From NCBI GenBank assembly GCA_015661395.1, contig JACWML010000010.1, positions 2,499-66,498 of the forward strand: a stretch of DNA of 64,000 bases, read 5' to 3'. The notes below the pieces were generated by a model, which worked only from the letters and a program-made list of their open reading frames with translations, was not told the DNA's origin and did no database searches. The stretch's first letter is position 1. Each line of letters begins with the position of its first letter. The stretch comes from Methanomicrobia archaeon. Its GTDB lineage: Archaea; Halobacteriota; Bog-38; Methanoflorentales; Methanoflorentaceae. Shown in pieces: positions 41,807 through 51,025 of the stretch. The position numbers were made by a program, and so were the translations under genes.

Positions 41807-43240
41807 TCAGCGTCGGGGTGTTACCAGTCGCAACAAATATCCCAGAAAGACCCGCTGCGTCCGTGCAACTCGCGCAAGTACAGCCTCCGTGGAATAAAAC
41901 GTCGCTTTAACGACCGCCACCTCGCTTCGTGGTGAATAGAACGCGTAAATAGGGATCCCAATTGCAATCGTTATGAGTCCATAAATGACCGTGGTTATGC
42001 CGCTTTCGAAGATCAAAAGCGCCGACAAGAGTATGCCGGCGACAGGGAGGATCGGCCCCGTCATCTTTTCAATGACCGTGCGGCCCGCTCTAATCCGTCC
42101 GCGCTCTCGTAATGCAAGAACCACGGCACTGGTGACGAGATACACAAACGCAAGGTTAAAGGTCGAAAAGAGGATTAGCTGACTCAAGCCTCCGAACAGC
42201 GAGAGGCCCAGCGCAAGAACGCCTTGGGCGATGAGATTCTTATGCGGCGTGCCGTATCGCGCGTGAAGGTTGCTAAAAAAACGTGGAAATAGACCGTCGA
42301 GTGAGATGGCATAGGACAGACGGGACGTCGACAACGTGCCCGACTCATCGGATCCAGAAACGGATATCAGTGCCCCAACGCCGAGTATGAGGCCGCCGAC
42401 CAGCGCCAGCGTGGGCGTTAGGGAAAACGCCACGCTGCCAGCGGTGGCAAGGGGCGCGGGATCGAACTGGAGCGACGTCCAGTTAACGACGCCGATGATG
42501 ACGAAGTTCGTCAACAGGTAGAACAGCGTAACTATCGCCATTCCGACGATGATGGCCTTGGGTATCGTCCGGGTCGGATTTTCAATCTCGTTCGACGGAA
42601 TAACGGCGAGTTCAAACCCGGCGTACGCCCAGAAGATCAAAACGAGCGCCTGTCCAAAGTGGTCGAAGCCGAGCGGGGCAAAGGGCACGAAGTTCGCATA
42701 GGTTGCTGCCGGATTAAATGCCATGTAGATCGCCCCTGCGACGATCAACAGTAGAAGAGGGCTTAGCTTCGCAATCGTGAGAACGTCATTGGCTCGTCCT
42801 GCCATCTTCGTCCCGCGTACGTTGACGTAGGTGATCGACGCGATGAACAGCACTTTGATGACCACACCCTCCACGGTGGTGAGGGCGGGGAAGAAAAACG
42901 TGAAGTACCGCACGAAGGCGACGGGAAAAACGGCGAGCGCTGCCACTTCGGCGACCCAGAGCGGCCAGCCGACGATAAACCCCGCGAAATCTCCCCACAC
43001 CTCCTGTGCGTACGCGTAGGCGCCGCCGACCCGTGGCACGAGCGTTGCGCATTCGGCAAAGTTGAGCGCAATAATAATGGCGATCAGTCCGGCCGCCACC
43101 CACGCGACGAGGCTTGCTGGCCCGAGATATTGGCTACCTAAGGAGGCGACGACGTAGATGTCGGCGCCGACGATCGCCCCGACGAGCAAGTTGGTGACGT
43201 CAAAGAAACTAAGCTTTTTCAACGTTGCGCTGAGCTGCAT
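41807..43240 (-). CDS. APC-family amino acid permease
   Basis: About 12 TM, GAIVGADIY, GGAYAY, WAYAGFE, NPTRTIPKA. Confidence 0.93.
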   Translation of the reverse strand: MQLSATLKKLSFFDVTNLLVGAIVGADIYVVASLGSQYLGPASLVAWVAAGLIAIIIALNFAECATLVPRVGGAYAYAQEVWGDFAGFIVGWPLWVAEVAALAVFPVAFVRYFTFFFPALTTVEGVVIKVLFIASITYVNVRGTKMAGRANDVLTIAKLSPLLLLIVAGAIYMAFNPAATYANFVPFAPLGFDHFGQALVLIFWAYAGFELAVIPSNEIENPTRTIPKAIIVGMAIVTLFYLLTNFVIIGVVNWTSLQFDPAPLATAGSVAFSLTPTLALVGGLILGVGALISVSGSDESGTLSTSRLSYAISLDGLFPRFFSNLHARYGTPHKNLIAQGVLALGLSLFGGLSQLILFSTFNLAFVYLVTSAVVLALRERGRIRAGRTVIEKMTGPILPVAGILLSALLIFESGITTVIYGLITIAIGIPIYAFYSPRSEVAVVKATFYSTEAVLARVARTQRVFLGYLLRLVTPRR

Positions 43241-43559
43241 GCGATTAATCTAACAAAGGGCGCTACTAGTAGTCCGAACCATCAACCACCGACATCGTGC
43301 AATCAACGCAAGCAGATGCATCAGCCATCCCTCTGGTGATTGCTATCGGGTCCGTATGTGTAAACGCATATAAGCCTCTTCTCCTTGCTCGGGTTCAACA
43401 GCTGCAGCCGGTGGCTGCGTTGGTAACGGTATGTCTGTGCGTATGCGTTCCTCAACGCGTCGTGGCAATCCGGTGTGCCTCATTACACGTGCATCCCGCT
43501 CCAAAAGCCCCAATTGGTGGGCGATGATCAGCCGCGCGCGGTTCAAGTCACCGTGCGCG

Positions 43560-44171
43560 TCACAGAAGCGTGAGTAGGTCGCGAAGCGACTCTATGGCAC
43601 GCTCGTAGGTAGGCGGGTCACGATCGCATCGGATACGACATATCGTGTGCATCCCCAGTTGCGCCGCGGTCTCCAGATTTTGCGGCTGGTCGTCAACGAA
43701 AACGCACTGGTGTGGTGCAACACTGAGTGACCGCAGAAGGATTTGATATAGGCGACGGTCAGGCTTCCTAAAGCCGTAATTACCGCTGATAACGACTGAC
43801 GTGAAGAGTCGGTCGAGGGCGAAGCGCCTTCTAAGATAGGCGGACCACTCGCTTACGTCGTTCGACAGCATAGCAAGCACATAACGCTTCTTCAGTCGTT
43901 CAGCGACGGCGATAAAGTCAGGATCGAGCTTCAGTTGCGTGTCGAGGTACTCTCGTTCGCTGGCGGGCGCACAGCCCACCCGCGCCCAGAACTCCTGAGA
44001 CGATATCCGTCCAAGACTCGCCGACAGGTACAGCTGTCGAATCGTCTCTCGGTTTGTGCAGCCGCACTCACGAGCGACAAAAGGAATAAGCAGATTGCTG
44101 ACGTCGTCGCCCTCTACAAAGGTGACGCCCATCGCATCGAAAACCACGACATCGATGTTTCTGAAGTGCAT
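43560..44171 (-). CDS. HAD-superfamily hydrolase
   Basis: VVFDAMGV, LSN, KPD, FVDD motifs; start MHFRN at 44171. Confidence 0.88.
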   Translation of the reverse strand: MHFRNIDVVVFDAMGVTFVEGDDVSNLLIPFVARECGCTNRETIRQLYLSASLGRISSQEFWARVGCAPASEREYLDTQLKLDPDFIAVAERLKKRYVLAMLSNDVSEWSAYLRRRFALDRLFTSVVISGNYGFRKPDRRLYQILLRSLSVAPHQCVFVDDQPQNLETAAQLGMHTICRIRCDRDPPTYERAIESLRDLLTLL

Positions 44172-44291
44172 TGCGTGCTCAGTGACATACAAAGAGCGCA
44201 TCTTACTTGTGTTTCTCGATGTTAGCGTCCGGCTAGCAACTGACGCTCGGTCCCTCATTTGAGGGCGCGCAGAGCTAACAGGGCACATTGG

Positions 44292-44927
44292 CTAATTGTG
44301 CCGTTGTATCACGTGGGCCTGTGTCTGCCGGTCACTTGAAGCGCCTCTGGCTCGTCCGAGTTTTGCTCTGCGGGACCGTCCTAAGGCAAGGATTTGCGCC
44401 GATGAAACGACACAGCACAGAGCTGCTGCGACAAAAAGGACCGTGTTAAGGGGCGCGGGACTGAGGATTCCTGCAATGAGGAGCGCTAGCCGCTCAGGCC
44501 TCCCAAACGTAGTGAACACGGGGCCCCTCCCATGCGTCCGACCATAAACCCGTGCAAATAAGAGCGTGAAAGCGCCTCCAATCACAAAAAAAGCAGAAGG
44601 GGGCACACCTGCTCCTAACACGGCACCGACGACGAAGAATAGCTCTGAGAACCGATCGGATATCCCGTCAAAGTACAATCCGAATTCCGTTGCACGGTTT
44701 GCAGCTCTCGCAACGGAGCCGTCGAGCGCGTCGCAGAAGGCAGCGATGGCGAAAAGGATGATGCCAGTGTAGAGGTGACCACGGAGCGCCGCGAGCCCGG
44801 AGGAGAACGCAAGGCACAATCCGAGCGCTGTGATCTGGTTGGGTGTAACGCCCGCGCGGTCTAGCCGCGTTGCGACCGACTGGAGAATCGTGTCTTTGTG
44901 TGGCTTATAGCGGTACAAAAGGCTCAT
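44292..44927 (-). CDS. CDP-alcohol phosphatidyltransferase family protein
   Basis: TPNQIT and DALDGSVARA...FGLYFDGISDR signature. Confidence 0.92.
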   Translation of the reverse strand: MSLLYRYKPHKDTILQSVATRLDRAGVTPNQITALGLCLAFSSGLAALRGHLYTGIILFAIAAFCDALDGSVARAANRATEFGLYFDGISDRFSELFFVVGAVLGAGVPPSAFFVIGGAFTLLFARVYGRTHGRGPVFTTFGRPERLALLIAGILSPAPLNTVLFVAAALCCVVSSAQILALGRSRRAKLGRARGASSDRQTQAHVIQRHN

Positions 44928-45312
44928 GCTATCGTGCGTGTCCGTTCGCTTGTTGATTCACCAGACTGTCTTCTTAGTGACATATCACTGAGCTGATTCG
45001 GACGTCGTTACTGTCAGTACCTATACATATCGCGTATAGATATCTAAACCGAACGTCAGCTGTTTTGAAATATTCCCTCGAATCTGAGACGTTCTGAGCA
45101 ACTTCTTGGTTTTGTTCGATGTACACGCTGCGATGGCCGCCGAGAGGACGCGAGACGGGCTCAGTTCGACCAAGTCGCGGCTAAGCTGTCTGAGACAGTG
45201 GGTTGAACGTCCTTTCGCTCGCGCTTGCGGCCATTCGTATGGTGTCAGAGCACCGTGTCGTGAGGTGCAGAATTGCCAGTAACTCGGCCGTGCTCCTCGT
45301 CCAAACGCGGTG

Positions 45313-47898
45313 TCACCCGGGAACAGGTTTTCGACGCGAGGGTTTGCGCTTGTTGGCAGGCATTCGAACGATCTCCATTCCCACCTCGGCGAGCAGGCGT
45401 GGTATGTTACGCGCGGCGTCTCGGTCGTACTCCTTCATGTGTTCGGGAAGCTCTGAATAAGGTATGATCCACGGGCTTAGCTTCTTCTCTTCGTCCTTTA
45501 TCGGATCCAATTTCCACCCGTCAAGGAGGCGTTCCACGTTCCAGCGGCCGTGCTCAAGCTCCGCCATGATCTCCACCTCGTCGGGAGTGAATTGCATCCG
45601 CGTCACGGTATCGCTGCGCGCCTTCCGGACGGTATAGCCGACGGCGTTCAATTTATGGGCGATATCGTCTGCCTGCGCCCTGTTGGATTGTTTCAAGTCG
45701 TCGCGGAGCTTGTCCCATTTGGCGCGCCGGGGTTCCTGGCTTTGGGTGCGCATGAGGAGCTTGCGATAGTTGTCATGGATCTCCTGCGCCATGCGCTCGC
45801 GCACCGGTGTGGGGAGCGTTTGCTCGGTTGAACTGATGAACGCCTGTGCCGAGATTGGATCCTTTGGCAGCTGAATGAGCTTCTCGGATTTGCTCCATTC
45901 GTCGTCTTGGATCAACCGCGCCGCTTCGTGTCCGCTTCCTGCGACAATGGCGACGCTCGCGCGCAACGCGAGCGCGAGGCGGTATTCTATGCCGGCGATG
46001 CTTTGTCCATCGATGCCAAGAAGCTTGACGCTCTTGGGCGAAACGTCTGATCCGATGAGATCAACCCAATACTGCAGGGTTTCCGAAGGGTTGAAGCGCA
46101 GGGGTTCCGAAGCTTTGAAGCCCTCGCTATCGGTGCGCCGGATATCGCAGTATCGCTGATCGACCGCGGCGTCAGGAAGCACGCGCGGCACGAATCCTAT
46201 GGTCTGCAGCTCGGGGTAGCGCTCTTGCACGTCGCCGACAATGCGGCTGATGCCGCTGCCCGTGCCGCCCGAGATGAGCGTCCCTGTGAACCCCTTGAAG
46301 GCCTCGAGCATGAGCCCTCGATAGCTCGCTGCGTATCCCTCATCGGGAGAATCGTAGCCGCCTGCGACGATGGCTACCGGCTCCTTTAAGCGTCGGCTAT
46401 TGGGCGTCGTCAGCTTTTTCAGGTCGGCGCGTGCCTCTGCGGCGTCGAATCGTCCGGCCCATCCGATGAGCAAGATGGTGCGCGCCCATTCGTACCCGCC
46501 CAACGCCTCGTGCACGGGCGCGAGCTTCACTAGTGAGTGGTAGGCATTTTCGATCGGCCACTCGGCGGTGCTCATCTGGATCGCCTTCGCATAGGCGATG
46601 AGGCTTTCGTGGCTCTCACCGAGGAGCAGGTGGAGCATCCCGAGGGCGTAGTATGCCCACGGGATGTTGATGCCGACGGCGGTCTGACCCCAACAACGTT
46701 GTATCGCCATGCGCATCAATGGTCGCACCACGTCGATGATCGACGTCGTACCACGGTGACTGATCTCGAGCTCGAGATAGTTGATGAGCGCGTAGGGATC
46801 TGACGGATCGAGCTCGAACGCCTTACGGTAGAGCTCGCGCGCCCGCGGTTCGTTGCACTCGCGATACGTGTCGGCCAGGCGCACGTACGTGTCGGCATTC
46901 TCGGCTTTCGCGAGCGACTCGTCAAGGTAGCCCTGTCCCTTCACGTAGTCCTCGCTCTCGGGCGTCCCACTGTTCTGCTTGCAGAGGGCGACACCCAGAT
47001 CTTTGAGAAGGGGGGCGTAGCCCGTGTCAGCGTACGCGCTGAAGGTCTCGATAGCCTGCTCCCAGTCGCCCAGCGTCATCGCCAGTCGGCCGATGCTGTG
47101 CGCGTGCTGGACGTTGTGCGGGTCGTGCTCGAGGATCATCTTGAGGGTGCGTATCTCATCTCGCACCTGCGTCTCGTTCATGTAGGCGCTGTAGTTGGCG
47201 GCATACGCCGTAAGCCGGTTCTCGATCGTCGCGAAGGATTGATCGGCGTCTTCGAGCAGCGCCGCTATTCGCGCGAGCTCGCGCTGCCACTGTCTGGGGA
47301 AGGTGAAAGCGCCCTTGTAGGCCTTGTCGTGACTGAAGTCGGCCCACGCGTGTTCGAGCAGCGTGCGCACCTGTATTTCCGCTTTCAACTCGGCGACCGT
47401 CTCGGGCACATCGATCGAAACCCCGCCGACAGTAATCGAACCGGGACGATGTAGGCTGACGATGTAGTGGACCGAGCGGTACCCGAACTCGGCCGCCTTG
47501 AGGCGCTGGTCAATATTGAAGCTGTTGTCCCAATCGATATCGAAAACGCGATCGGAATCACTCGGCTCAGCCTGCTTCTCGATGTACGTGCAGATCGCCG
47601 TCACCTCTGTCTGGGTATGGGTGATGACGCGTCCGCCGCAGAGGTCGGTGAAGTCATTGACGGGATCGCGCGTCTCATCCTGTTTTCGAATGATCTTCTC
47701 AGCGAAACTCGAAACTGATTTCGGCCGCGTCTGAACGATCGCGAGGGGCGCATACCGCTTAGCGAGTGCATCGAGGATGTTGTAGAGTACCTGCGCGAGC
47801 TCTTTATAACGTGGTTCCACGAGCTCGAAGTTCTCGATCTGTCCCTCATACCACGTGCGGAACTGCTCTTGATCAGCCTCACTCATCGTGCTCGGCAC
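45313..47898 (-). CDS. RelA/SpoT synthetase domain - TPR - SLOG (LSDAT/TRPM-like) - RyR repeat multidomain protein
   Basis: Synthetase motifs RPKSVSSFAEK, DLCGGR, GYRSVH, EIQVRT..HAWA; TPR-like helices (YRKAFELDP, AYYALG); SLOG motifs IVAGG, ISGGTGSGI, VAGSG.EA; RyR motifs AQEIHDNY and AELEHGRW...GW...PYSELP...DR. Start may be ATG 47886. Confidence 0.88.
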   Translation of the reverse strand: MPSTMSEADQEQFRTWYEGQIENFELVEPRYKELAQVLYNILDALAKRYAPLAIVQTRPKSVSSFAEKIIRKQDETRDPVNDFTDLCGGRVITHTQTEVTAICTYIEKQAEPSDSDRVFDIDWDNSFNIDQRLKAAEFGYRSVHYIVSLHRPGSITVGGVSIDVPETVAELKAEIQVRTLLEHAWADFSHDKAYKGAFTFPRQWQRELARIAALLEDADQSFATIENRLTAYAANYSAYMNETQVRDEIRTLKMILEHDPHNVQHAHSIGRLAMTLGDWEQAIETFSAYADTGYAPLLKDLGVALCKQNSGTPESEDYVKGQGYLDESLAKAENADTYVRLADTYRECNEPRARELYRKAFELDPSDPYALINYLELEISHRGTTSIIDVVRPLMRMAIQRCWGQTAVGINIPWAYYALGMLHLLLGESHESLIAYAKAIQMSTAEWPIENAYHSLVKLAPVHEALGGYEWARTILLIGWAGRFDAAEARADLKKLTTPNSRRLKEPVAIVAGGYDSPDEGYAASYRGLMLEAFKGFTGTLISGGTGSGISRIVGDVQERYPELQTIGFVPRVLPDAAVDQRYCDIRRTDSEGFKASEPLRFNPSETLQYWVDLIGSDVSPKSVKLLGIDGQSIAGIEYRLALALRASVAIVAGSGHEAARLIQDDEWSKSEKLIQLPKDPISAQAFISSTEQTLPTPVRERMAQEIHDNYRKLLMRTQSQEPRRAKWDKLRDDLKQSNRAQADDIAHKLNAVGYTVRKARSDTVTRMQFTPDEVEIMAELEHGRWNVERLLDGWKLDPIKDEEKKLSPWIIPYSELPEHMKEYDRDAARNIPRLLAEVGMEIVRMPANKRKPSRRKPVPG

Positions 47899-47940
47899 CT
47901 TCGCTCATTTCGAATTGATGTAGCACCCATAAGTATCGCT

Positions 47941-48357
47941 TCACTCCGGCATAACATTTCCCTGCGATTCTGCAAAGAAGCGCCGAAACTGCGTCGCAAG
48001 GTCAAGCTGATGCATCTCGGACGGCTGCACCCACCGATAGGAATCGTGCTCGCTGCTGAGTTTGACGTCCTCTGTGACGAGGTTCCCTTCCATGATGAGG
48101 CACGCCACTTTGACCGCGGGCACCTCGTACTCGATGGCCCCCAGCAATCGCCGCACGGATATCTGCAGGCCTGCTTCTTCGAACACCTCTCGCTTCAATG
48201 CCTCATCCAGCCGCTCTCCCGGATCGAGCTTGCCGCCGGGCGGTTCCCACTTCCCCGGATTGGTCTTTGAATCGGGTGATCGGCGCAGAAACAGGCATTT
48301 GCCCTCGTTGTTTTGAAGCAGTGCATAGACGGCGATTCCCCACGCTTTTTCAGTCAT
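47941..48357 (-). CDS. Nudix hydrolase
   Basis: Complete Nudix box GGKLDPGERLDEALKREVFEEAGL and SSEH motif; GAGGAGG upstream of ATG 48357. Confidence 0.93.
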   Translation of the reverse strand: MTEKAWGIAVYALLQNNEGKCLFLRRSPDSKTNPGKWEPPGGKLDPGERLDEALKREVFEEAGLQISVRRLLGAIEYEVPAVKVACLIMEGNLVTEDVKLSSEHDSYRWVQPSEMHQLDLATQFRRFFAESQGNVMPE

Positions 48358-48487
48358 TATAACCGATCCTCCTCGAGCGTCGTGTGCGACGATATTAGGG
48401 TTTAAACTAGGGTTATAGGGCGCCTTTGCCTTAAAAGTGCTGCTTTCGCACCAAGAACAAGCGTCGCAGTCAGCGCGCGCCAGACAG

Positions 48488-49213
48488 CTAGTATTGGAGC
48501 GCGTACCAACACGCAAGCGCGGTCGCGAGTACCATGTCATCGTATTCGCCGTCGCGCCACGCTTCCTCCCACGGGCCGCCGGAACTGATGCTGACCCTCG
48601 TAGCGAAATCCTGCAGCTCATCTTTTAACAGATCCCACAGCGGCAGGTCTTTTGTGGCGCGGAGCCAACTTTTGTTGAGCAGCAGCTTTACTGAGCGTGC
48701 GAGCTCACGCTTCGGGACGCGGTAAAAGCCGTCTCCGTACGAAACGTCGTCCCCGCCGATCACCACGGGCAGCGGCAGGAGGCGTGCCGCGCGGAACGCG
48801 TCGATGGCGGAGAGGCCCACGCCCGTGGCGTCCACGACGAGGTAGTATGGCACCAACCGCCGTGCCTCGGCCGACCGTTTTGGGGTGAGCGCGCGGATCC
48901 GACCTATGATCGTGAGCCGGGGCGTGCCTGGGGGTAACCGCTCTATGTGGCGAACCCGCAGCTTAACTGGTTGATCGAGCGGTTCACCGCGGCCCGGGCG
49001 CAGTCCTCCGAGTGTTGCCCACGGGGCGTCGGGCGCTCCGCCGGCGAGCAGGCTCTGGCCGATTTTTTCGATCGCGACGACAGCGGAAAAGTCATCGGCG
49101 CGGCCGAGATCACAGCTGATGAACACTCCGGCCAAACTGCGCGGTGAGCGCTGACGCGGTTCGTAGCGCGCATACCGATTGGAGAGGTCACGGGCGTCCG
49201 AGTCGCTTATCAC
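48488..49213 (-). CDS. Stand-alone terminase-large-subunit C-terminal (RNase H-like) nuclease-like protein
   Basis: CDLG..DDFSA, VVDATGVG, VPKREL, EL..F and EYDDMVLATALACW pattern; no ATPase domain seen. Confidence 0.7.
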   Translation of the reverse strand: MISDSDARDLSNRYARYEPRQRSPRSLAGVFISCDLGRADDFSAVVAIEKIGQSLLAGGAPDAPWATLGGLRPGRGEPLDQPVKLRVRHIERLPPGTPRLTIIGRIRALTPKRSAEARRLVPYYLVVDATGVGLSAIDAFRAARLLPLPVVIGGDDVSYGDGFYRVPKRELARSVKLLLNKSWLRATKDLPLWDLLKDELQDFATRVSISSGGPWEEAWRDGEYDDMVLATALACWYALQY

Positions 49214-49519
49214 GATGATCGGTCGCGTGTATATCCCTCTTTGCCCTTAGTTCCTTCCCCGTTTTTTCCCGTTTCGCTTCGTTCCTCGTGTATCGCTGTC
49301 GCTTCGAGGTGCGCTGAGCGCGTTGATGGAACCGCTCGTGCGGCGCGGTATCCACTAGCAGACGCAGTTGCGTGCGTGTTTCGTTTGGTTTTCGCCGCTG
49401 GTGCGCTTGACGGCTGTACGGTGCAACGACGAGGACGCGTGAAAGGGAAGCGAGCATCCCAGCTTCAGAAAACGCGATCAAATCACAACGCTTAAGCTGA
49501 TTGACGAAGCAGCGGTTTC

Positions 49520-49837
49520 GTGGTGTTGGTAGTGCGATCAAGCGCGTCGAACCAAGCGTGTGCCGAAACGATTAACTTTGGTGCTGCGGCTGAACAGGAG
49601 CGCCTCCGTGAGCTGTTGCAGCTGGCGGTCGATGAAGTCGCCCGAAGATATGAACACCGGTACCTGGAGCCGAGTCTCGTTTCGTTTGTGCTCGCGCGCA
49701 TGGTGCACGAGGCTGATCCCACGTTTTCTGAAGCGCTCGTGCGAGCCGAGTTCCTCAAGTTGGCCCTTGAGTTCACCGAACAACTAGACCGAGCGACGCG
49801 CGGCAGGTTTTCGCTAAGCCACGTGTGGAAGACGTAA
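49520..49837 (+). CDS. Hypothetical helical protein
   Basis: Amphipathic E/L/R-rich ORF; start uncertain. Confidence 0.45.
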   Translation: MVLVVRSSASNQACAETINFGAAAEQERLRELLQLAVDEVARRYEHRYLEPSLVSFVLARMVHEADPTFSEALVRAEFLKLALEFTEQLDRATRGRFSLSHVWKT

Positions 49838-50005
49838 CCGGCTCTGCGGTAGCCGCCACCACCACGTCCGAGAGCACGCAACGGTATGGCTCTTTTTGTC
49901 AGGTCGCAGAGTGAACGCGACGTCACGCTGCGGAACGGACGGACGTGAGCGTGCGGAGGCTAGTCCTGAGTTTGCATACGGTGGCTGCTCGCGACGGGGC
50001 GTGAG

Positions 50006-50044
50006 AACTACACCAAAACTACACCAAAACTACACCAAAACTAC
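50006..50044. repeat. Perfect 11-bp tandem repeat (AACTACACCAA x3.5)
   Basis: Read directly from the sequence. Confidence 0.95.
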
Positions 50045-50166
50045 GCTGCTGACGGTGATGAGCGTGCTGTTTGTAACCACGTCGTCATATGCATCGCCGC
50101 TCCAAGTCGCGCGAAGTTGTTCTCGCTATGCGAGGGCGAAAAAAAGTAAGCGAACAAGTCATCGAT

Positions 50167-50472
50167 CTAGAGTGCCTTTTTCGCCTCTTCTATCGCCTTC
50201 GCAGCAATTTCAGGCGTCGCCGCTCCAAGAATGACGGGCGTGAACTCTGGGTACGTGCCGAACTTCTTCGACACAATGAGCATAAGCTCCGTCATTTGTG
50301 CCTCATCCAGGTCGGCCACCATGAAAACAGCGCGCATGCCGGCCTGTGTATACGAGGCCTCTGGCGCGAACCGATCCATAACATGTCCGAGAATCGGTCC
50401 AGGCCCCCCTTCTTCGAAGTCTAAGCGATTGCCTTCGTCGGCAGGAATCTCGAAATATACCAAGTAACGCAC
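50167..50472 (-). CDS. Small alpha/beta protein (DUF3303/GYD-like)
   Basis: PEASY...G.R..FMV.D...EFTPV pattern; GAGGTGA upstream. Confidence 0.6.
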   Translation of the reverse strand: MRYLVYFEIPADEGNRLDFEEGGPGPILGHVMDRFAPEASYTQAGMRAVFMVADLDEAQMTELMLIVSKKFGTYPEFTPVILGAATPEIAAKAIEEAKKAL

Positions 50473-50953
50473 GATTGATCACCTCTCGCATAATTCAACG
50501 TTCGAGAATAAGTGCTTTCACCGGGGGTTGAGCGCTTCTTGGGCGTCAAAATGGCCTAAATCGTTCGGTAGGTCACTCGTTTGGCAGCGCTGGCGGAGCG
50601 TTGGCGACACGTGGGCCAAGGACGGTAGCTGCGAGCTCAAAATCGTTGCCAGTTGTCACGGTGCCGGCGCGACGCCCCTAAAATCGTTCGGCGGTAAAAG
50701 CTTGTTTCGAGCACAGGTCTGCTCTTTCACCTTGTGCTGGTCTTGGTCGCTTACTTGTACATTCGTCGATATGCAGCTTCACGACAAAACAAGAGATGAC
50801 TGCGATAGTTAATGCAAGAGGGCCAGCAGGCCATTTCTGTCAGACAATTCACGATTGCCCAAAGAACGCACGCATGGCCATGGTCTGACATGATTGAACG
50901 ACGCAGCGAAAATGAAGAAACTAGTCATAGAAGGCCGGGATTTAGGAAAGCAT

Positions 50954-50994
50954 ATTGATGTACTAAAAAGATTTTTATAGTACATTGATGTATA
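50954..50994 (+). promoter_or_regulatory. trp promoter with TRP-box-like inverted repeat flanking BRE/TATA
   Basis: ATGTACTA-AAAAGATTTTTA-TAGTACAT perfect 8-bp inverted repeat plus ATTGATGTA direct repeat; resembles TrpY TGTACA boxes. Confidence 0.6.
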
Positions 50995-51025
50995 CCTTTT
51001 AGCATAACGTGGAGCATAATTATGG

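Noticed and set aside
47941..48621. 226-aa extended Nudix ORF suggesting an N-terminal extra domain
   Set aside because: The extension overlaps the terminase-like gene and is not protein-like; a strong RBS supports ATG 48357
48488..50044. Intact provirus
   Set aside because: No integrase, portal, capsid, tail, packaging ATPase or att/tRNA site was recognised in the window
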